Of a stretch of 32,000 bases of DNA, positions 20,322 to 27,072 are shown one piece after another (the stretch's first letter is position 1; the number at the start of each line of letters is the position of its first letter). This DNA comes from Candidatus Saccharimonadota bacterium. Lineage in GTDB: Bacteria; Pseudomonadota; Gammaproteobacteria; Enterobacterales; Enterobacteriaceae_A. The stretch lies in the NCBI GenBank assembly GCA_030849285.1, contig CP102982.1, positions 1 to 32,000 of the forward strand. Direction: 5' to 3'. The position numbers and the translations under genes were made by a program. Under the pieces are notes generated by a model. The model was not told the DNA's origin, made no database searches, and saw only the letters and a list, made by a program, of their open reading frames with translations.

Positions 20322-20924
20322 TTATAATTTATCTAAATATTTATTTAAATATTGAATAATTCCTTTTGTAGAAGGTATAATACTAGGTTTTCCCTTTTCC
20401 CATTGTGCTGGACAAACATCTCCATATTTTTCGTGAAATTGTAATGCATCAATAGTTCTAATAATTTCATCTACATTTCTACCAATAGGTAAATCATTAA
20501 TAATTTGAGTTCTTATAATACTATTTTTATCAATTAAAAATGACGCTCTAAGTGCTACACCTAACTTAGGATGTTCAATACCATATAATTTTTGAATTTT
20601 TCTTTTTATATCAGCAATCATAATATATTTAACTTTACCTATTCCACCTTCATTTATTGGAGTATTTCTCCATGCATTATGAACATATTCAGAATCAATT
20701 GATATTCCTATTAATTCAACATTTCTTTTTTGAAATTCATAAAATCTTTTATCAAATGCTATTAATTCTGATGGGCATACAAAAGTAAAATCCATGGGCC
20801 AAAAAAATAAAACAACATATTTATTATTAGTATATTTTTTAAAATTAAAATCTTTTATAATTTTACCATCTTTTGAAATAGCAGATGCTGTAAAATCTGG
20901 AGCTTTAAGAGTAACTAAAGTCAT
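20322..20924 (-). CDS. ahpC: Typical 2-Cys peroxiredoxin (AhpC/TsaA family, ~200-aa type)
   Basis: 200 aa. Peroxidatic Cys motif DFTFVCPSE and resolving Cys VCPAQW. AAGGA Shine-Dalgarno sequence upstream. Confidence 0.92.
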   Translation of the reverse strand: MTLVTLKAPDFTASAISKDGKIIKDFNFKKYTNNKYVVLFFWPMDFTFVCPSELIAFDKRFYEFQKRNVELIGISIDSEYVHNAWRNTPINEGGIGKVKYIMIADIKRKIQKLYGIEHPKLGVALRASFLIDKNSIIRTQIINDLPIGRNVDEIIRTIDALQFHEKYGDVCPAQWEKGKPSIIPSTKGIIQYLNKYLDKL

Positions 20925-20993
20925 TTTATTCCTTAATTAAAAATATTAATATTAAATAAAATTATTTTATAAATAAATAATTTAAAAATAAAT

Positions 20994-21161
20994 TTATTTT
21001 ATAATTTTTTTACCTTTATAAAATTTTTTAAATGTAATATGATGTCTAATATGTAATTCACCTGTTTTAATATCAGTTGATAAAAGTTTATAATTTAATT
21101 TGTTATGTGACCTTCTTTTACCTCTTTTAGAACGAGATATTTTATGTTTTGGAACAGCCAT
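20994..21161 (-). CDS. rpmF: 50S ribosomal protein L32
   Basis: Not on the ORF track (55 aa). My own translation is MAVPKHKISRSKRGKRRSHNKLNYKLLSTDIKTGELHIRHHITFKKFYKGKKIIK, against E. coli L32 [20 protein letters not shown]...GEKHLRHHIT. TAA stop at 20994-20996. Confidence 0.93.
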   Translation of the reverse strand: MAVPKHKISRSKRGKRRSHNKLNYKLLSTDIKTGELHIRHHITFKKFYKGKKIIK

Positions 21162-21243
21162 ATTAATTTTCCATTTATTTAAATATTTTATAAAATTAAA
21201 TATAAATTTTTTTTAAATTATTATATTAAAATATATTTAAATT

Positions 21244-22107
21244 TTAATTAATTTTTTTGAGACAATAATATAAGTCATAATCAATATTGGAGATTATTTT
21301 AATTTTTTTTTTAATATATGGATGTTTAAAATAAATTTTTGTAGCATGAAGAAAAATACGATTTAATTTAATATTTAAAAGTTTATTATCTAATTTTTTA
21401 ATACCATATTTTTTATCAAATATAATGGGATTATTAATATTTAATGTATGTATACGAATTTGATGTGTATAACCAGTAATTGGGTAGATTTTAATTAAAG
21501 AATTAAAATTATAATTTTTAATAAATTTAAAAAAAGAAATAGAAGATTTATTATTAATATTTAATATTATATTATTAATTTTTTTATTCCATCTTCCATG
21601 AACTAAAGCTAAATATTCCTTTTTAATATTTTTAAAACTTAATTCTTTATTTAAAAAAATTAAAGCATTTCTAGTTTTAGCTAATAATAAAATACCAGAA
21701 GTATCTTTATCTAATCTATGTACAAGTTCTAAAAAATTTTCTTTTTTCCTAAGAATTCTAATACTCTCAATTAAACCACATTTTACCCCACTACCTCCAT
21801 GAACAGCTATTCCTGATGGTTTTTTAATTATTAAAATATAATTATCTTCATATATTATATGTTTTTCTAAATTATTCAAATAAAATATCTCTTTTTTTTT
21901 AGTATTTTTTATTTTAATACGTATTATATCATTTTTTTTTAATTTATAAAAAAATTTGACACGATTTTTATTTACTCTTATACTTCCTTTTCTTATAATT
22001 TTATAAATATTATTTTTTGATATATATTTAATTTTATTTATTAAATAATTATCTATTCTTTGTTCATTTTCATTTATTATTTTTATAAATTTTATTTTTT
22101 CATTCAA
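21244..22107 (-). CDS. rluC: 23S rRNA pseudouridine synthase, RluC-like (RluA family with S4 domain)
   Basis: 287 aa. QRIDNYL and YKIIRKGSIRVNKNRV parallel E. coli RluC QRIDNFL and YRILRKGEVRVNKKR. Catalytic motif HRLDKDTSG. Lies upstream of rpmF, as in E. coli. Confidence 0.85.
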   Translation of the reverse strand: MNEKIKFIKIINENEQRIDNYLINKIKYISKNNIYKIIRKGSIRVNKNRVKFFYKLKKNDIIRIKIKNTKKKEIFYLNNLEKHIIYEDNYILIIKKPSGIAVHGGSGVKCGLIESIRILRKKENFLELVHRLDKDTSGILLLAKTRNALIFLNKELSFKNIKKEYLALVHGRWNKKINNIILNINNKSSISFFKFIKNYNFNSLIKIYPITGYTHQIRIHTLNINNPIIFDKKYGIKKLDNKLLNIKLNRIFLHATKIYFKHPYIKKKIKIISNIDYDLYYCLKKIN

Positions 22108-22244
22108 TATAATACCAAAACATTTAAATAAATATTAATAAATTAATTTTTAAATTTTTAAAAACTAAAATATTTTAATAATAAATTATTTAATTTTAAA
22201 TAAATTTTTAAATATATAATTTTAAAATTTATTGGATATTTAAA

Positions 22245-22454
22245 ATGTCAAGAATATGTCAAATAACAAAAAAAAAACCTATAACAGGTAATAATCGTTC
22301 ACATGCAATGAATGCAACTAAAAGAAAATTTTACCCAAATTTACATAATCATAAATTTTGGATTAAAAAAAAAAAAAAATATTTAAATTTCAAATTATCT
22401 AAAAAAGGTTTAAAAATAATAAATAAAAAGGGTATAAATTTATTTTTAAAATAA
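22245..22454 (+). CDS. rpmB: 50S ribosomal protein L28
   Basis: 69 aa. [39 protein letters not shown] matches E. coli L28 [39 protein letters not shown]. Confidence 0.96.
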   Translation: [69 protein letters not shown]

Positions 22455-22483
22455 TTAAATTTTAAAAAATATTGGAATAATAT

Positions 22484-22645
22484 ATGGGTAAAAGTATTAG
22501 AGAAATAATAAAATTAGTATCATCTTATAAAACGGGGCATTTTTATACAATTACTAAAAATAAAAAAAATAATAAAAAAAAGAAATATAAAAAATTTGAT
22601 CCAATTATTAGAAAACATATTTTATATAAAGAATATAAAATATAA
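22484..22645 (+). CDS. rpmG: 50S ribosomal protein L33
   Basis: Not on the ORF track (53 aa). My own translation is [53 protein letters not shown], against E. coli L33 [28 protein letters not shown]...KFDPVVRQHVIYKEAKIK. It follows rpmB, as in E. coli. Confidence 0.94.
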   Translation: MGKSIREIIKLVSSYKTGHFYTITKNKKNNKKKKYKKFDPIIRKHILYKEYKI

Positions 22646-22652
22646 TAGAATT

Positions 22653-22672
22653 AAGCCCGTTATAACGGGCTT
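22653..22672. terminator. Bidirectional rho-independent terminator between the convergent rpmG and cspC
   Basis: AAGCCCGT-TATA-ACGGGCTT: an 8-bp stem with 5 G:C pairs and a 4-nt loop, followed by TTTATTT on the plus strand. It lies 8 nt after the rpmG stop and 17 nt after the cspC stop. It is the most G+C-rich non-tRNA intergenic element in the window. Confidence 0.7.
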
Positions 22673-22688
22673 TATTTAAAATTATGTT

Positions 22689-22898
22689 TTATAATGTTGT
22701 AACATTAATAGCAGATGGACCTTTTTGACCTTCTTGAATTTCAAACTCAATATTTTGTCCTTCAGCAAGTGTTTTAAAACCACTACCTTGAATAGCTGAA
22801 AAATGAACAAAAACATCTTTACTTCCATCAGAAGGTGTAATAAACCCAAATCCTTTTGATTCATTAAACCATTTTACTTGTCCTCTCATTTTTGACAT
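22689..22898 (-). CDS. cspC: Cold-shock-domain protein, CspC/CspE family (closer to CspC)
   Basis: 69 aa. [69 protein letters not shown] differs at about 11 positions from recalled E. coli CspC and about 14 from CspE. RNP1 KGFGFI and RNP2 VFVHF present. AAGGAA Shine-Dalgarno sequence. Confidence 0.95.
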   Translation of the reverse strand: MSKMRGQVKWFNESKGFGFITPSDGSKDVFVHFSAIQGSGFKTLAEGQNIEFEIQEGQKGPSAINVTTL

Positions 22899-22965
22899 TT
22901 AGAATATTCCTTAACCCACTTATAAAAAGTATTTAAAAGTGTTAAAATTTTTAAAAATTAAAATT

Positions 22966-23010
22966 AATTTAATTTAATTTAATTTAATTTAATTTAATTT
23001 AATTTAATTT
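22966..23010. repeat. Perfect pentanucleotide microsatellite (AATTT)x9
   Basis: Read directly: nine uninterrupted AATTT units, preceded by the related TTAAAAATTAAAATT. It lies between tRNA-Val and cspC, 68-112 nt upstream of the cspC ATG. Confidence 0.97.
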
Positions 23011-23034
23011 ATATAATAAATATTAATAAAATAA

Positions 23035-23107
23035 TGAGTGATGAAGGAATTGAACCTTCGACCATCTCCGTGTAAAGGAGGCGCTCTACCATCTGAGCTA
23101 ATCACTC
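23035..23107 (-). tRNA. tRNA-Val (anticodon TAC), no encoded CCA
   Basis: The reverse complement is GAGTGATTAGCTCAGATGGTAGAGCGCCTCCTTTACACGGAGATGGTCGAAGGTTCAATTCCTTCATCACTC plus discriminator A. It is close to recalled E. coli tRNA-Val(UAC). There is one C-A mismatch at the top of the anticodon stem. Confidence 0.95.
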
Positions 23108-23243
23108 ATATAAAAATATTATAAATATATATTTTTAAAAAGTCAAATATTATTTTTATTAAAAATATTTATTTATTTTAAATTTATATATAAAGAATAA
23201 ATTTAATAAAATATTTATTTATTTTTAAAATAAAGTAAAAAAT

Positions 23244-24431
23244 ATGATAATAAAACCCAGATTTAAAAAATTTTTTTGCATTACACCTCACCCAATAGGT
23301 TGTGAATATAATGTATATAATCAAATTTATTATGTTAAAAAAAGAAATATTTTTTTAAAAAAAGGGCCTAAAAGGGTGTTAATAATAGGGGCTTCATCTG
23401 GTTTTGGTTTAGCATCACGTATAGTTGCTACATTTGGGTTTGAAGCAAAAACCATTGGTGTATTTTTTGAAAAAAAAAAAAATTTTTTGAATTTTTCAAA
23501 TGAAGGTTGGTATAATATTGCAGCATTTGATAAATTTTCTAAAATTTTGGGTTTATATTCTAAAAATATAAATTGTGATACTTTTACATCTGAATGTAAA
23601 AATAAAGTAATTAAATTAATTAAAAAGGATTTAGGTAAAATTGATTTAGTAATTTATTCTGTATCTACAAAATCACGTAAGTTAAGTAACAATAAAATAA
23701 TTAATGCTGTAATTAAACCAATTTATAAAAAATACACAAATAAAACTATTAATATAAGTAAAAGTAAAATTATAAATTCTACAATTAAAGTAGCTAATAA
23801 TAAAGAAATAATAGATACAATTTCAGTTATGGGTGGTTTAGATTGGGAATTATGGATGGAAGAATTAAAAAAAGCAAATGTATTAGAGGAAGGTGTTAAA
23901 TCTATTGCTTATTCTTGTATTAGTAGTAAATTATTATCACCAATATATAAAGATAGTACAATAGGTTTAGCAAAATTTGATTTTAATAATTCAGCTAAAA
24001 ATATACATAAAAAATTAATAAAAATTAATGGTATTGTTAATGTTGTTATTCTAAAAACAACAATTACAAAAAGTACTTATTTAAATCCATTTATGAATTT
24101 ATATATTTCAATTCTTTATAAAGTAATGAAAAATAAAAATTTACATGAAGATTGTATAAGTCAAATATTTCGTTTAATGTCAACATGTTTATATAATAAA
24201 TATTATAAAACTGATAAATATAATAGAATACGTATGGATACATGGGAAAAAAGAAGAGATGTACAAAAAGAATGTAAAAAAATATGGTTAAATGTAAATT
24301 CACATAATTTCAAAAATGAAACAGACTATTTTAATTGCAAAAAAGATTTTCTTCGTTTGTTTGGTTTTCGTTTTTCAGAAATAAATTATAAGGCTAATGT
24401 TAATACTAATATTAATATTAATACATTTTAA
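23244..24431 (+). CDS. fabV: Enoyl-[acyl-carrier-protein] reductase FabV (trans-2-enoyl-CoA reductase family)
   Basis: 395 aa. MIIKPRFKKFFCITPHPIGCEYNV, GPKRVLIIGASSGFGLASRI, VMGGLDWELW and AYSCISSKLLSPIYKDSTIGLAKFD (the Tyr..Lys active-site region) are colinear with recalled Vibrio cholerae FabV. Confidence 0.92.
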   Translation: MIIKPRFKKFFCITPHPIGCEYNVYNQIYYVKKRNIFLKKGPKRVLIIGASSGFGLASRIVATFGFEAKTIGVFFEKKKNFLNFSNEGWYNIAAFDKFSKILGLYSKNINCDTFTSECKNKVIKLIKKDLGKIDLVIYSVSTKSRKLSNNKIINAVIKPIYKKYTNKTINISKSKIINSTIKVANNKEIIDTISVMGGLDWELWMEELKKANVLEEGVKSIAYSCISSKLLSPIYKDSTIGLAKFDFNNSAKNIHKKLIKINGIVNVVILKTTITKSTYLNPFMNLYISILYKVMKNKNLHEDCISQIFRLMSTCLYNKYYKTDKYNRIRMDTWEKRRDVQKECKKIWLNVNSHNFKNETDYFNCKKDFLRLFGFRFSEINYKANVNTNININTF

Positions 24432-24536
24432 TATAAATAAAAAATTAAAAATATTTGAAATTGTATTAATAGATTATTAATCTAAAATATTATAGAGTTT
24501 AAAAATTATTATATTTTAAAATTTTTAAATATCTAT

Positions 24537-24624
24537 GGTGAGATAGCCAAGGGGCTGACGGCGCTCCTCTGCTAAGGGAGTATACATTATAAAAGTATCC
24601 GGGGTTCGAATCCCCGTCTCACCG
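24537..24624 (+). tRNA. tRNA-Ser (anticodon GCT), long variable arm, no encoded CCA
   Basis: GGTGAGATAGCCAAGGGGCTGACGGCGCTCCTCTGCTAAGGGAGTATACATTATAAAAGTATCCGGGGTTCGAATCCCCGTCTCACCG is close to recalled E. coli serV. Confidence 0.96.
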
Positions 24625-24629
24625 TATTT

Positions 24630-24703
24630 GCATCTGTAGCTCAGTTGGATAGAGTACTTGGCTACGAACCGAGCGGTCGAAGGTTCAAATCCTTCCAGAT
24701 GCA
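24630..24703 (+). tRNA. tRNA-Arg (anticodon ACG), no encoded CCA
   Basis: GCATCTGTAGCTCAGTTGGATAGAGTACTTGGCTACGAACCGAGCGGTCGAAGGTTCAAATCCTTCCAGATGCA. It lies 5 nt after tRNA-Ser, matching the serV-argV arrangement of E. coli. Confidence 0.96.
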
Positions 24704-24739
24704 AATTTTAATTAATTTAAAAATAAAAAATAAAATAAA

Positions 24740-25078
24740 ATGAAAAATTTTTTAACCTTTAATATAAATAAAACAGCTATTAATAAAATAAATTCTATAA
24801 TAATTAAAACAAAAAAAAAATTAAGAATTTTTGTAAAAGGTGGTGGTTGTAATGGTTTAAAATATGGTTTTATTTTAGTAAATAAAAAAATGAAGAGAGA
24901 TATATGTATTATTAAAAAAAATATTATAATAGTTATTGATTCAATTAGTTTCCAATATTTATCAGGAAGTTATTTATTTTATAATTACTATATAGAAGAA
25001 TCAAAGTTTATTATTAAAAATTCAAATATAAAAACAACATGTAATTGCGGATCTTCAATTAATTTTAAAAAAATTTAA
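24740..25078 (+). CDS. erpA: Iron-sulfur cluster insertion protein ErpA (A-type carrier)
   Basis: 112 aa. GGGCNGLKYGF compares with ErpA GGGCSGFQYGF, and the C-terminal TTCNCGSSINF with ErpA STCGCGSSFSI. All three cluster-ligand Cys are retained. Confidence 0.9.
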   Translation: MKNFLTFNINKTAINKINSIIIKTKKKLRIFVKGGGCNGLKYGFILVNKKMKRDICIIKKNIIIVIDSISFQYLSGSYLFYNYYIEESKFIIKNSNIKTTCNCGSSINFKKI

Positions 25079-25092
25079 AATAAAAATAAATT

Positions 25093-26382
25093 TTATTTAA
25101 TTTTAATTTTAGGATATATAAAATTATTAATTATATTAACTATAATAAGTAATAATGTTTTTTTATATCCTTGTATTTTAATTTGATGCATTTTATATAA
25201 TAAAATATATAAATAACATGCTAATTTCCCCTTAATTATTATATTTTTTTTTATTATATTTAAAATTAAATAACCTATTGTATTAAATTTTGATAAAGAT
25301 ATTAAAGTACCATAATCTTTATATTTAAAAAATTTCATATTTTTATTATTTAAAATAGATATAATATTATTAAAACATATTTTTACCATTTGATGCGCTG
25401 ACTGAGCTCTAGCTGGAATAATTTTGTTATTTATTTTTAAAGATGAGCAATCACCTATAGCAAAAATATTTTTATCTAAAGTAGTTTGCAAAGTAGATTT
25501 AATTATTAATTGATTAATATTATTAACCTCAAGACCTTTTATATATTTAATAAAATTATTTACTTTTATTCCTGCTGTCCAAATTATTAAATCAGCATTA
25601 ATATAAAAATTTGTTTTAGTTTTTATTCCATATTTATATATGTAAGTAACTATAGTATTTGTTATAATATTAATTTTTATTTCTTTTAATTTGTTATAAA
25701 CATAAAAGGAAATTTTATTTGGTAATAATGATAAAATTTTAGAACCAGCTTCAATAATTGTAAGATTTATTTTTTTATTATTAAAATAATTATATTTAAT
25801 TTTTTTTAATTCTTTTATTAAATTCATTATTTCAGTAGATAATTCTACCCCAGTTGCACCTCCACCTATAATAACTATATTAATTTTAATATTTTTATCT
25901 TTACTATTATTATTATTAAAATTTAATAAAATATTAAATATTTTTTTATGTAATAACATTGCATGTTTTATATTATCTAAAAAAAAACAATTTTTTTTAA
26001 CTCCTGGAATATTAAAATCATTAGATATACTACCTAATGCTAAAACAAGAATATTATATTTTAATTTTTTAATAATCTCTTTTTTATTATTTAAATATTT
26101 AAATATTATAATTTTTTTATATTTATTAATATTTATTAAAGATCCTAATTTAAATTTATAATTATAATAATGTGAATGATCTAAAAAATTAATTGTATTT
26201 ATATTTGCATCTAAATATCCTGTTGCTATTTTATGTAACATAGGTTTCCAAATATGATAAAAATTTTTATCTATAAGTATTATATTGTTTTTTTTTTTAT
26301 CTATTTTTTTACTTAAAAGTTTAGTTAATTCTAAACCACTAATTCCACCACCTATTATTACTATATTTTTTTTATTTAACAT
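25093..26382 (-). CDS. ndh: Type II NADH:quinone oxidoreductase (NDH-2)
   Basis: 429 aa. Two dinucleotide folds, IVIIGGGISGLE and IVIIGGGATGVE. HIWKPMLHKIATG parallels E. coli Ndh HLWKPLLHEVATG. Confidence 0.93.
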   Translation of the reverse strand: MLNKKNIVIIGGGISGLELTKLLSKKIDKKKNNIILIDKNFYHIWKPMLHKIATGYLDANINTINFLDHSHYYNYKFKLGSLININKYKKIIIFKYLNNKKEIIKKLKYNILVLALGSISNDFNIPGVKKNCFFLDNIKHAMLLHKKIFNILLNFNNNNSKDKNIKINIVIIGGGATGVELSTEIMNLIKELKKIKYNYFNNKKINLTIIEAGSKILSLLPNKISFYVYNKLKEIKINIITNTIVTYIYKYGIKTKTNFYINADLIIWTAGIKVNNFIKYIKGLEVNNINQLIIKSTLQTTLDKNIFAIGDCSSLKINNKIIPARAQSAHQMVKICFNNIISILNNKNMKFFKYKDYGTLISLSKFNTIGYLILNIIKKNIIIKGKLACYLYILLYKMHQIKIQGYKKTLLLIIVNIINNFIYPKIKIK

Positions 26383-26541
26383 TTAAAACCTTTTTAATTA
26401 TATTTATATTATATTTTATATTTATAAATTCATTTTAAAAAAAAAAATTTTAAAAAATAAATATTTAAATATTTTATTTTTAAATATATAAAATTTATTA
26501 TAAAACTATAAATTAATAACTTATTATAAATAATAAAACAC

Positions 26542-26682
26542 ATGAAATATACATTTCAACCATCTATTTTAAAAAGAAACAGGAAACATGGATTTAGAAT
26601 AAAAATGTTAAAAAAAAAAAGTCGAAAAATATTATTAAGAAGACGTAGTAAAGGTAGAAAAAAATTAATTTCCTATAAATAA
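26542..26682 (+). CDS. rpmH: 50S ribosomal protein L34
   Basis: Not on the ORF track (46 aa). My own translation is [46 protein letters not shown], against E. coli L34 [22 protein letters not shown]...LARRRAKGRARL. Confidence 0.95.
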   Translation: MKYTFQPSILKRNRKHGFRIKMLKKKSRKILLRRRSKGRKKLISYK

Positions 26683-26688
26683 TTAAAT

Positions 26689-27021
26689 ATGATAAATTTT
26701 TTTTTCAAAAAAAATTTTAAATTATTAAATAATAATTTAATATTAAATTATAAAAATTCAATTACATATACAAATAAATATTTTAAAATTATTAAAATTA
26801 TTAATAATTTAGAATATGCTAGATTAGGTTTAATTATAAAAAAAAAACATATTAAATTTTCACATGATAGAAATAAATTTAAACGTATTGCTATTGAAAG
26901 TTTTAGATATAATCAATATTTATTACCTATATTAGATTTTATTATTTTTTCTAAAAATAAATTATATGAATTAAATAATTATAAATTTATTATAAATTTA
27001 GAAAAAATTTGGAATTTTTAA
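26689..27021 (+). CDS. rnpA: Ribonuclease P protein component
   Basis: 110 aa, 6 nt after rpmH (conserved pairing). ARLGLIIKKKHIKFSHDRNKFKRIAIESFR corresponds to the RnpA RNR motif region. Confidence 0.88.
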   Translation: MINFFFKKNFKLLNNNLILNYKNSITYTNKYFKIIKIINNLEYARLGLIIKKKHIKFSHDRNKFKRIAIESFRYNQYLLPILDFIIFSKNKLYELNNYKFIINLEKIWNF

Positions 27022-27030
27022 AATTATTAA

Positions 27031-27055
27031 TTTTTTTTTTGAAAAAAAAAAAAAA
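27031..27055. repeat. T10-G-A14 homopolymer inverted repeat in the rnpA-yidC spacer
   Basis: Read directly: TTTTTTTTTT G AAAAAAAAAAAAAA. It starts 10 nt after the rnpA stop and ends 18 nt before the yidC TTG start. Confidence 0.9.
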
Positions 27056-27072
27056 TATTGAGAATTTAAATT

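Noticed and set aside
22682-22864. 60-aa ORF overlapping cspC on the same strand in another frame
   Set aside because: The cspC frame gives a near-perfect cold-shock protein. The alternative frame has no homology and no ribosome-binding site.
24091-24303. 70-aa ORF antisense to fabV
   Set aside because: A shadow ORF within conserved fabV.
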